A stretch of 17,264 nucleotides of DNA from Candidatus Hodarchaeota archaeon (GTDB lineage Archaea; Asgardarchaeota; Lokiarchaeia; Sigyniarchaeales; SOKP01): assembly GCA_048887225.1 (NCBI GenBank), contig JBHLJY010000036.1, positions 1-17,264 of the forward strand, written 5' to 3'. The notes under the pieces are model-generated. The model was not told the origin of the DNA. It saw nothing but the letters and a program-made list of their open reading frames with translations, and did not search any database. Positions within the stretch are counted from its first letter, which is position 1, and every line of letters begins with the position of its first letter. The position numbers and the translations under genes are program-made. Positions 7,900 to 15,989 of the stretch are shown piece after piece.

Positions 7900-9330
7900 A
7901 TGGAAGAAAGTAATTTAATTTTTACTATAAGCGGAATTCGCGGAATTTTTGGCAAGAATTTCAATATTGATATCATCAAGAAAATCGCAATTACATATGG
8001 ATTATGGCTTAGGAGCGAGGATAAAAAGGTTATAATAGGAAGAGATACAAGACCAAGTAGTAAAATTATTGAAAAAGCTATAATAGAAGGACTTACATCA
8101 GTTAATTGTAAAGTTGTTAATTTAGGAGGCTGTCCCACACCAATAATTATTTTTATGAAAAACAAGCTAAACATCGCTGGGGGATTAATTATTACAGGAT
8201 CTCATAATCCTCAAGAATGGAATGGGATAAAGCTACTTTCGGCTAAAACATTTTTAAACGATTCTGAAATGAAAATTATTACAAATAAAGTTAGTAAAAT
8301 CAAATTAAATAATTATAAAACGACTAAATCACATCAATCAGATATCTTATTAATGTCTGATATACTTCACGATTATATTCAGGGACTTCATGATTATCTT
8401 AATTTTAAAGAAATAAGAAATCAAAATGATCTTAAAGTAGTAATTGACACTGGAGCTGGCGCTGGAAAATTCGCAACCCCCCATATTTTAGAAAAACTTG
8501 GTTGTGAAATTAAGTTAATTAATAATAACTTTAATAAAAAAAACAAATTTCCCCGAGAAATAGAACCCGTAAAAAAAAATCTGGACGATTTAATTAAAAA
8601 ACTCTTTGAAGGAAAGTATGATATTGGATTTGCCCACGATAGTGATGCAGACAGGTTAGCCATTATTGGTGAAGATGGGACCTATTATCCAGAAGATATT
8701 AGTTTAGCTCTAATTACTGATTATTTTTTTAAACAATATCATCAAAAGAAGAAAGTAATCTTTGTAACTAATTTAGCGTCTTCTTTAATGTTTGAAGCAC
8801 TTGCCGATAAATATAATGCTCAAATTATTAGAACACCAATCGGCGAACGATTTTTAGCAGAAAAAATGATAGGTTTAATAGAAAAAGATAAACGGTCATC
8901 GATAATATTTGGGGGTGAAGGTTCATGCGGAGGAATAATGGTTCCTCAATTTAATAACACACGAGATGGGATATTTGCTGCCGCGAAAATTGTTGAAATT
9001 TTAGTAAAAACAAATGAAAAAATTTCAAATTTAGTTTATAAACTTCCAAAATTTTACGCCTTTAGAGAATATATTAATACCGAAAATAAAAATCTGAAAA
9101 AAATTATAAACCAATTAAAAAAAGATTTAATTAACGATGGAGCTAACGTTAATCAAATTGATATGGATTTAAGATTTGGTCAGGGAAGCAATTGGTTTGT
9201 TTTAATTCATCCATCAAATACCGAACCAATAATTCGAATAATTAGCGAGGCAAATAACAAGAATTTTGCTAAAAGAAATTTAACTAACACGTCAGAACGA
9301 GTAAAATCTATAGTTTCAAGAGTAAATTAA
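7900..9330 (+). CDS. Alpha-D-phosphohexomutase (phosphoglucosamine mutase/phosphomannomutase family)
   Basis: SGIRG, GRDTR, catalytic TGSHNP (S101), metal-binding DSDADR, GGEGSCGG sugar loop and PSNTEP motif. Confidence 0.93.
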   Translation: MEESNLIFTISGIRGIFGKNFNIDIIKKIAITYGLWLRSEDKKVIIGRDTRPSSKIIEKAIIEGLTSVNCKVVNLGGCPTPIIIFMKNKLNIAGGLIITGSHNPQEWNGIKLLSAKTFLNDSEMKIITNKVSKIKLNNYKTTKSHQSDILLMSDILHDYIQGLHDYLNFKEIRNQNDLKVVIDTGAGAGKFATPHILEKLGCEIKLINNNFNKKNKFPREIEPVKKNLDDLIKKLFEGKYDIGFAHDSDADRLAIIGEDGTYYPEDISLALITDYFFKQYHQKKKVIFVTNLASSLMFEALADKYNAQIIRTPIGERFLAEKMIGLIEKDKRSSIIFGGEGSCGGIMVPQFNNTRDGIFAAAKIVEILVKTNEKISNLVYKLPKFYAFREYINTENKNLKKIINQLKKDLINDGANVNQIDMDLRFGQGSNWFVLIHPSNTEPIIRIISEANNKNFAKRNLTNTSERVKSIVSRVN

Positions 9331-9346
9331 TTAATAAAAAAAGGAA

Positions 9347-10369
9347 TCATAACATATCCAGTATTGGACTGTTTTCTATTTTATAATAAATTAAGGCCAG
9401 AGCACCTCTAAGGCCAATATCATCTCTATAACTTGTCGTTTTTAGTTTGGGTGGATTATTTATCGTAAATATAATTGGATTATTTTCAAATTGTTCAATT
9501 AAAGGTGGTAAAATTTGTTCCTTATCTTTCATCATAGCACCTCCAAAATATATTGAAGTACAATCATAAAAATTATTTACAAGACCGATACCTACTTTCA
9601 TATAAAATATACACTGACCTACAATTTTTTTGGAAAGTTCATCTCCTTCTCTTGCTGCTTGAAATACCTCTTTAGCAGTTATTTTTGAGGTATCATTGTC
9701 TACTATCTTCATTAAAATATCAGCATTTAAGTTGCCTTCCTTTATTGCATCTATAGCCCTATTTATTACTCCAGTTCCTGAACTATAAACCTCCCAACAA
9801 CCATATGCTCCACAATTGCATTGAAAAATACTTTTAGGCTCGACTAAACCATGACCTACTTCGGCAGCATTTCCGTCCTTTCCCAATAATAAATGTCCAT
9901 TACAAATTGCACCTCCTCCTATCCCCGTTGATACTGTTATATAAACTAAATTTTCTTTCTCATCTTCACTTGCTTCGAAATAATGAACTCCTAACACAGC
10001 CGCATTACAGTCGTTAATTAGATATATAGGAACATCGGGAAATTTGGCGTGAATCGGTTCTTTTAAAGGTATTTCCCTAAATCCAAGATTGGCATTATTA
10101 AAAACCTCACCTGTCTCCATGTCTATAGGTCCTGCTGAAGCGAGTCCAATTCCTAATATTTGATCTGCACTAATATTGTTTTCTTTTAATAACTCGGAAA
10201 TCAATATGCAAACTGAATTGCTAATTGAAAACTTCGTTTCTTTTGGCGTGTTAACTACTTTTGTTTTGATATTCTCTTCTTTTAAATCTTGTGTACAAAT
10301 TGCTACACGAATCCAAGTTCCACCGATGTCTACTCCTATTATATATTTTTGAGTTTGATTTTCTCTCAT
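9347..10369 (-). CDS. ROK family sugar kinase (glucokinase-like)
   Basis: GVDIGGT, NDCNAA, STGIGGG and the Zn motif EVGH...CNCGAYGCWE. There is no N-terminal HTH, so kinase rather than repressor. Confidence 0.92.
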   Translation of the reverse strand: MRENQTQKYIIGVDIGGTWIRVAICTQDLKEENIKTKVVNTPKETKFSISNSVCILISELLKENNISADQILGIGLASAGPIDMETGEVFNNANLGFREIPLKEPIHAKFPDVPIYLINDCNAAVLGVHYFEASEDEKENLVYITVSTGIGGGAICNGHLLLGKDGNAAEVGHGLVEPKSIFQCNCGAYGCWEVYSSGTGVINRAIDAIKEGNLNADILMKIVDNDTSKITAKEVFQAAREGDELSKKIVGQCIFYMKVGIGLVNNFYDCTSIYFGGAMMKDKEQILPPLIEQFENNPIIFTINNPPKLKTTSYRDDIGLRGALALIYYKIENSPILDML

Positions 10370-10392
10370 CTAATGTAGAATTTTTATAAGAA

Positions 10393-10408
10393 TATTTAAA
10401 GCTTTTTT
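10393..10408 (-). promoter_or_regulatory. Archaeal BRE/TATA promoter of the ROK kinase gene (probably leaderless transcript)
   Basis: Minus strand reads AAAAAAGC-TTTAAATA, ending 23 nt before the ATG at 10369. No SD is present. Confidence 0.6.
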
Positions 10409-10617
10409 GTGCTAGATTAATAAAAGATTGTAATGAAATAATCTATATATATAGTTATTTATTTACATAGGGGCAAAATTCGAGGCGATTTTTTAGGAAG
10501 AAATAAAGGATGTATTTTTAATATAAAAATACCCAATAAATTAGATTACAATTTAAGTAAATATAAATTTAATATTAAATAAAGAATAAAAAATTGGAAT
10601 AAAAATAAAAGAAAAAC

Positions 10618-11004
10618 TTGAAAGAACATTTTTTTGATTTTTGGCTTTTTTCTAAAGATGGTCTACCCATTGCAGAATTTATTGGTGAGCAAGCCCTGGA
10701 TAAATCGATCCTTGGAGGTCTAGTATCAGCTATCAAGATCTTTAGTCAACAAATTACAAGTAAAGGATTACAGAGTTTATTGTTGGAAGATAATAAATTC
10801 ACATTCATTTCTGCTCTTGAAGGTAGCGCAATTCTGGTTTGTAGAACAAGTTCAAAAGTTAAAGAAAAAAAGATTCAAAAAATTTGTAATAATATCGTCA
10901 AGATCTTTGAAGAATTATACACTCCTAATGATATCATAAATTGGAACGGAGAAGTCAGCTTTTTTGATAAATTTAGAGAGAAATTAGAGAATTATATTAA
11001 ATAA
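10618..11004 (+). CDS. Small stand-alone longin-like domain protein (Asgard type)
   Basis: 128 aa. FWLFSKDGLPI hairpin, D..ILGGLVSAIKIFSQQI helix, three strands, then helices (IVKIFEELY...FFDKFREKLE), giving the beta-beta-alpha-beta-beta-beta-alpha-alpha longin order. TTG start. Confidence 0.7.
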   Translation: MKEHFFDFWLFSKDGLPIAEFIGEQALDKSILGGLVSAIKIFSQQITSKGLQSLLLEDNKFTFISALEGSAILVCRTSSKVKEKKIQKICNNIVKIFEELYTPNDIINWNGEVSFFDKFREKLENYIK

Positions 11005-11011
11005 ATATTCA

Positions 11012-12103
11012 TCATTTAGTTTTTTCTAAAGTATAATAAGTCTCTTCTAACAAATTGAGGTATTTAATCAATATATTATCTGATTTTGTTTTGTTGTCGT
11101 TATAGGTCCTTATGACATTCAAAATATATCCGGGAATGATTAATTCTATTAGGAAATCAGACAATAAAGCATAAAAATCATTACCTTCCGAATCTTGATA
11201 ATTTTTAATTAACTGAGCGTTTAAAAGTAATTCAATCAAATTTTTAACGTTTTTAACACCTTTATATTCAAGTTTCTCAAGTTCCTTTTTCGTAAGAAAA
11301 TTTTCTCTTAGTAAGTTAAATATATTATAAACTTGAGAGTTGCTAAGAACTTCTATTATTTTTAGATTATCTTCTTCTGAAAGCTTATAATCATGGAAAA
11401 ATAAATTACAATCGTTCTGATATCTTGTTTCAATACTTTTAGGAAGGCCTTTTTTGCTAGGGTTTTTTATAAGTTTAAAAGGAGGGATACGGAACATTAT
11501 AAGGTCGTTTATTAAAAATAGCATTACTGAGCGTTCGTATTTTACTGAGAAAATTTGAATAATATCTTTTTGAACAAATTCATATAAAGTTAAATCAATA
11601 TCACCGTATCCTTCTGGATACTTAAATTTAAGCCACGAAGTTAACTCAGATTTAGAAAACATGCCCTCATCTCTTAGTCTAGCGATTATACTTCTTTTAA
11701 TCTCGTTTTGATAAATATTAATTAATTGTTGTTCATAGTTAAGTTTTGGATAATTTATTATGAGTTGGAAGAGTGAGGGTATTAACTCTAAATAACTTTC
11801 ATCTTCTACGTTTTGGAGGAGGATTTGTGATATATCTGCTAAACAACCTTCATACTCATCGGGGTCCTCACTTAAACTTAAAATTATTAAAATACAGTAA
11901 TTGGTGATAGGGCCAGTATAATAGGATGCTATGTGCGTATTTCCAACATTTAAACTTATCATACCGCGCTCTCCTGAGTATTCATGTGTATTGAATACGT
12001 GCATTAGAGTTCGATCGTCTATTTCAAGATCTTCCGGATATTTTGCTAAAATATCGTTTCCAGTCAATTCATTCCATCTCATAAAGATTAATCCTATTGG
12101 CAT
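11012..12103 (-). CDS. Hypothetical protein with N-terminal uDENN/longin-like domain and two putative winged-helix domains
   Basis: N-terminus GLIFMRWNELTGNDILAKYP resembles uDENN/longin starts. SIIARLRDEGMFSKSELTSWL...LYEFVQKDII and IFNLLRENFLTKKEL...LIELLLNAQLI look like wHTH. GGAGG SD at 12117-12113. Confidence 0.6.
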   Translation of the reverse strand: MPIGLIFMRWNELTGNDILAKYPEDLEIDDRTLMHVFNTHEYSGERGMISLNVGNTHIASYYTGPITNYCILIILSLSEDPDEYEGCLADISQILLQNVEDESYLELIPSLFQLIINYPKLNYEQQLINIYQNEIKRSIIARLRDEGMFSKSELTSWLKFKYPEGYGDIDLTLYEFVQKDIIQIFSVKYERSVMLFLINDLIMFRIPPFKLIKNPSKKGLPKSIETRYQNDCNLFFHDYKLSEEDNLKIIEVLSNSQVYNIFNLLRENFLTKKELEKLEYKGVKNVKNLIELLLNAQLIKNYQDSEGNDFYALLSDFLIELIIPGYILNVIRTYNDNKTKSDNILIKYLNLLEETYYTLEKTK

Positions 12104-12124
12104 TAGTCAAAACCTCCTTCTGAT

Positions 12125-12316
12125 TTATAAATTCTCTCTTAAAATCTGGGTATCTTTCTTTTTCATAATCGCATCAAATAAAATCTCAACAAATTCCTCT
12201 CTAGAAGAATATGGCAGCTTTTCATCACTCGATTTTCCATAATTTACCGAATCTTTTAATGAATTGATGTTTTTTACAAATATAGATTTTTTAGAAGATT
12301 TCTTCTTTCTAACCAT
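12125..12316 (-). CDS. Small hypothetical protein (63 aa, basic N-terminus)
   Basis: ATG is preceded by AGGGAGTAAGG. The stop is 21 nt upstream of the co-oriented 11012..12103 gene, and the ORF fills otherwise empty space. Confidence 0.5.
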   Translation of the reverse strand: MVRKKKSSKKSIFVKNINSLKDSVNYGKSSDEKLPYSSREEFVEILFDAIMKKKDTQILRENL

Positions 12317-12487
12317 AGACCTTACTCCCTAATTTAAAGCGAAACACACATTATTGATTATTATTAACTATGTTTCTGTTAAGAAGTGAAACTTTAAAAT
12401 ATTTAATTTTGTCTAATTTATAAATTTGAGTTAATACGAGAAATTAGAGATAAGATTTTTTGAAAGAATAAACTAGAATTGGTGAAA

Positions 12488-13186
12488 TTATAGCCTTTTT
12501 TTCTTTCTTTTTGAAGGGATTACCACTTTTTGTTCGCGAACAAGACGTAATCGCTCAATACGGCGCTGCATACTCGTTATTATTATTCCGATAAAGAAAA
12601 AAGAAAAGATGATCGTGATCCATTCCATAATAGGGATTATAAGCATCCACAAGATTAAATTTATGGTAGTGGCAATAAAACCGAATATAGCAATATTCCT
12701 CGTGAATTTATATTTGTATAACGCAATACTGGGAAAAATAAAAGTTAGAACTGATATTGTAAATAAACTCATAGACCAAAAGATATGAATTTCCATAGTA
12801 TCCTCTGGAAATAAACCCACCATAATCATTGCCAATGCCGTATAGAACCCTGCTACCTGAGTTAACATTGTAAGTATTTTATTTCTTCTCCCGCCTATAT
12901 ACCATTCATACAAACCTAAAAAAAATGGAAACATAGCAATTCCTGATATTATACATCCAATATTAAAATAGATGTGGCCCTTTGGATTTTTTGAATGTGA
13001 ACCAAGGTCGCTCATCCAATTTACCAAAGGATTATATATATTAGGAAAAAAAGCCATAGAGGTAAGAGTAAAACCCCAGAAGACTACTATAACAAAGATG
13101 CCAGAAACGACACTTATAGGCCATTTTCTTGGAATTGGAAGTGTTTTTACAATATTAGCTACTTTCTCTACTTTTATTGATTTCAT
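12488..13186 (-). CDS. Multi-pass membrane protein, DUF998-like
   Basis: About 5-6 hydrophobic segments with YNPLVNWMSDLG, YFNIGCIISG and VGLFPED..EIH patterns. Basic C-terminal tail. Confidence 0.7.
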   Translation of the reverse strand: MKSIKVEKVANIVKTLPIPRKWPISVVSGIFVIVVFWGFTLTSMAFFPNIYNPLVNWMSDLGSHSKNPKGHIYFNIGCIISGIAMFPFFLGLYEWYIGGRRNKILTMLTQVAGFYTALAMIMVGLFPEDTMEIHIFWSMSLFTISVLTFIFPSIALYKYKFTRNIAIFGFIATTINLILWMLIIPIMEWITIIFSFFFIGIIITSMQRRIERLRLVREQKVVIPSKRKKKRL

Positions 13187-13304
13187 TGATTATATCTCTT
13201 ATGATAAACTTAATTTAAATTAATTTAATATCCTATTCCTAACTATTAGATTAATCTTGTATAACATTAATATATTTTTCTAAATAAAAAAGTTCATTAT
13301 TAAA

Positions 13305-13340
13305 TATTAAAAAAATAAAAGAAATAGTTTAAAAAAAGAA
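13305..13340 (-). terminator. Oligo-T archaeal-type terminator region downstream of hsp20
   Basis: Minus strand immediately after the stop reads TTCTTTTTTTAAACTATTTCTTTTATTTTTTT. Confidence 0.45.
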
Positions 13341-13937
13341 TTATTTAACTTCTATTTCTTTCGGTTTCTTTTCCTCAAGTTCTTTCTTTGGTAAGTCCAG
13401 TTTCAAAACTCCTTTATCTAAAGTAGCGTCAATTTTATCCTCGTCGACGTCTTCAGGCAATTTAAAGGCTCGATAATAGCTTGAACTACTATATTCTTTT
13501 CTAACATAACCTTCTTTTTTTTCTTCATACTCATCTTTTTTCTCGCCTTTAATTTCTAATGATCCCTCGTGAATTTTAATCTCTAAATCACCTTTATCTA
13601 AACCAGGCAACTCAGCTGTCAAATGATATCCTTCATCATCTTCCATTACATTCGACAATGGGGTTCTAAAGAAATCTTCGTCAAAAAGTTTCAAACTAAA
13701 AGGCTCAAAATCCCATCTAAAAGGTCTCCAAAACATATCATTAAGCCATCCGGTTATATCGTTAAAAAATCTGTCAATGTTTCTAAACATAGATAATGGT
13801 CGATATTTTCGTCTTACTTCGATCTGTCCTTCTTTGCTTTCCTCTTTAGGAGTTTCTTCTATTTTGGGTTCTTCTTTAGTTTCAGTATGTTCCTCTTTTC
13901 TTATTTCCACCTTTTTTTCTTCCTTTATATCTGACAT
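13341..13937 (-). CDS. hsp20: Small heat shock protein, Hsp20/alpha-crystallin family (start revised to ATG 13937)
   Basis: AELPGLDKGDLEI, LEIKGE, YYRAFKLP, ATLDKGVLKLDLPK and a C-terminal IEV (IxI/V) motif. The track's ATG 13952 overlaps GGAGG (13950-13946), which is a well-spaced SD for ATG 13937. Confidence 0.93.
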   Translation of the reverse strand: MSDIKEEKKVEIRKEEHTETKEEPKIEETPKEESKEGQIEVRRKYRPLSMFRNIDRFFNDITGWLNDMFWRPFRWDFEPFSLKLFDEDFFRTPLSNVMEDDEGYHLTAELPGLDKGDLEIKIHEGSLEIKGEKKDEYEEKKEGYVRKEYSSSSYYRAFKLPEDVDEDKIDATLDKGVLKLDLPKKELEEKKPKEIEVK

Positions 13938-13965
13938 GATATTAACCTCCATAATTTAATTTTTT

Positions 13966-14025
13966 ATATTTGTAAATTTTTTTTTGTCAAGTATTTCTTG
14001 ACGTCAACCACTAATTTACAAATAT
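13966..14025. promoter_or_regulatory. Nested inverted repeats upstream of hsp20 (candidate operator or hairpin)
   Basis: 13-bp perfect arms ATATTTGTAAATT (13966-13978) and AATTTACAAATAT (14013-14025). Inner GTCAAG-N5-CTTGAC (13986-14002). Palindrome TTGACGTCAA (13998-14007). Confidence 0.55.
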
Positions 14026-14034
14026 TGATTTACA

Positions 14035-14049
14035 TATTTAAAAGTTTCG
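14035..14049 (-). promoter_or_regulatory. Archaeal BRE/TATA promoter of hsp20
   Basis: Minus strand reads CGAAAC-TTTTAAATA, close to the BRE + TATA consensus. Confidence 0.6.
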
Positions 14050-14110
14050 TTTTTTGAAATTAAAACTTAGATACTCAGAAATTATGAAAATTAAGTATTT
14101 ACCTTATTGA

Positions 14111-14125
14111 GGAAAAGTTTTATAA
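14111..14125 (+). promoter_or_regulatory. Archaeal BRE/TATA promoter of the acyl-CoA synthetase gene
   Basis: GGAAAAG-TTTTATAA lies 45 nt upstream of ATG 14171, and an AAGGA SD-like sequence precedes the start. Confidence 0.55.
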
Positions 14126-14170
14126 TCCTTAACATTTATTTGTATATTTAAACAACCAAAAGGAAATACT

Positions 14171-15970
14171 ATGGATTTTTATACTCCAGAAGAGTTAGAA
14201 CACTTAAATAAATTTATAGAACTAATGGATGAAGTTCTTAAAAATCCAAACCAGAGTATTGGTACTCAAGTTGAAAAATTAGCAGAAGAGATGCCAGAGA
14301 AGGTTGTTTTATATTTTCAGGATGAATCTTGGACATGGCAGGTTTTCAATGAGGAATGTAATAAAATTGCTAATTATTTCCATAATTTGGGATTAAAACC
14401 AGGTGAAACAATTGCAATAATGCTTGAAAATTCTCCCGAATATCTTTTTCTTACGAGTGGAATAAACAAGATTCAAGGGATCACTGCTTTAATGAATATT
14501 AACCAAAGAAAACAAGCCTTAACTCATGCTTTTAAGATAGTTAATCCAAAGTGGATCGTGATTGATGGAGATTGCTTACCGTCCTTTATTGAGATTCTCA
14601 AAGACCTTCCTCATAAGAATGATCAAATTTTTGTCGTTAATAATGATGAAAATATTTCGCATAATTTTTTGGATTTCCTTGCTGAGCTTAAATCTACATC
14701 TAAATCTAATCCTAACACCACCTTTAATTCGATTTTGCGACAGATTGCTTATTATATGTTTACCTCAGGTACGACAGGACTTCCTAAAGCGGTAATTATG
14801 GAAAATTTCAAATTATATACTCAAGCATTATATGTAGGAATTGCCTTGTCAAAAGTAATTCCTCAAGATATTATTTACATCCCGACGCCTCTATATCATA
14901 ATCTAGGGTTAGGAATTGCGTGGTCAACGGCTTTTGCAACTGGTGCAACTGTCGCGCTGAGAAAACGATTCTCCGCTTCTCAATTCTGGAAGGATATTCA
15001 GAAATATAAAGCAACTTTTACGATGTATATAGGCGAAATCCCTCGATATCTTCTTAATCAACCACCATCCGAATACGAAAAAAACCATACACTTGAAAAA
15101 ATGACTGGATTAGGACTCCAAAAGGACGTCTGGGAGCGTTTTAAATCTCGCTTTAAAGTTGAACATATTTATGAATTCTATGGCTTAACTGAAGGTATTC
15201 GTATGTTCAGTAATGTCAACGAAGTCCCAGGAATGGTTGGAAGAAACAATCAGAGAGGTCTTGTTTTAGCAAAAGTTGATCCGGAAACAGGTGAATTCTT
15301 TAAAAATGAGAAAGGTTATTGTATTAGATGTAAACCTGGTGACATAGGGATGGCCTTAATGAAAGTAGAAAAGACAACAATTTTTACAGGCTATAAGGAT
15401 AAGGATAAGACTCAAAAGAGATTGATGTATAATGTATTCAGAAAAAATGATACATATTTCAACACAGGTGATATACTAAAGCTCCATGAGGATCTCTATA
15501 TATCTTTCGCGGATAGATTTGGTGACACATTCCGATGGAAAGGAGAAAATGTCTCCACCTCAGAAGTCGAAGCAATCTTAAATTCACACGAATCAATACA
15601 TACGTCTGCCGTATATGGTGTGACAATTCCTAATACAGAAGGAAAGGCATGTATGGCTGCAACTAAATTAGATCCGTCAATTAAATTTGATATAGAGGAT
15701 TTTTCCCGATTTGTGTGTGAAGTATTACCAGGATATTCTATTCCTATTTTCATTCGTATATGTGATGATCTCGAAACAACTTCCAGTAGTTTTAAAATAA
15801 GAAAGATTAACCTTAAACAAGAAGCCTATAATCTTAAAAGTATTCGTGATAAACTTATTTATTGGGATCCAAGGTTAAAAAAATATATCCCTTTTAACAA
15901 ATTGGAATATCAGAAAATAATGGACGGAAAATTTGGTGAAATAAAATCGGGAGTAACAGCTCGCATGTAA
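14171..15970 (+). CDS. Long-chain acyl-CoA synthetase, FATP/FadD6 (SLC27-like) subfamily
   Basis: AMP-binding YMFTSGTTGLPKA, PLYH, YIGEIPRYLL, EFYGLTEG, YFNTGD and the FATP signature DRFGDTFRWKGENVST. Confidence 0.93.
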   Translation: MDFYTPEELEHLNKFIELMDEVLKNPNQSIGTQVEKLAEEMPEKVVLYFQDESWTWQVFNEECNKIANYFHNLGLKPGETIAIMLENSPEYLFLTSGINKIQGITALMNINQRKQALTHAFKIVNPKWIVIDGDCLPSFIEILKDLPHKNDQIFVVNNDENISHNFLDFLAELKSTSKSNPNTTFNSILRQIAYYMFTSGTTGLPKAVIMENFKLYTQALYVGIALSKVIPQDIIYIPTPLYHNLGLGIAWSTAFATGATVALRKRFSASQFWKDIQKYKATFTMYIGEIPRYLLNQPPSEYEKNHTLEKMTGLGLQKDVWERFKSRFKVEHIYEFYGLTEGIRMFSNVNEVPGMVGRNNQRGLVLAKVDPETGEFFKNEKGYCIRCKPGDIGMALMKVEKTTIFTGYKDKDKTQKRLMYNVFRKNDTYFNTGDILKLHEDLYISFADRFGDTFRWKGENVSTSEVEAILNSHESIHTSAVYGVTIPNTEGKACMAATKLDPSIKFDIEDFSRFVCEVLPGYSIPIFIRICDDLETTSSSFKIRKINLKQEAYNLKSIRDKLIYWDPRLKKYIPFNKLEYQKIMDGKFGEIKSGVTARM

Positions 15971-15989
15971 AGATTATAAATACATTTGT

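Noticed and set aside
3435-8663. Short ORFs 3435..3701, 4303..4494, 7044..7235, 7851..8174, 8421..8663
   Set aside because: Antisense to well-supported genes. The F/S/L-rich composition is what the reverse complement of E/K-rich coding sequence produces.
12488-12520. NLS-like basic tail PSKRKKKRL on the membrane protein
   Set aside because: Adequately explained by the positive-inside rule and the Lys bias of an AT-rich genome.
11931-15753. Short ORFs 11931..12242, 12972..13223, 13777..13959, 14562..14795, 15496..15753
   Set aside because: Overlap stronger genes in antisense or an alternative frame, with no independent support.
15959-15970. Acyl-CoA synthetase ends in ARM, matching the peroxisomal PTS1 consensus
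   Set aside because: A tripeptide match arises easily by chance, and there is no evidence for such an import system here.
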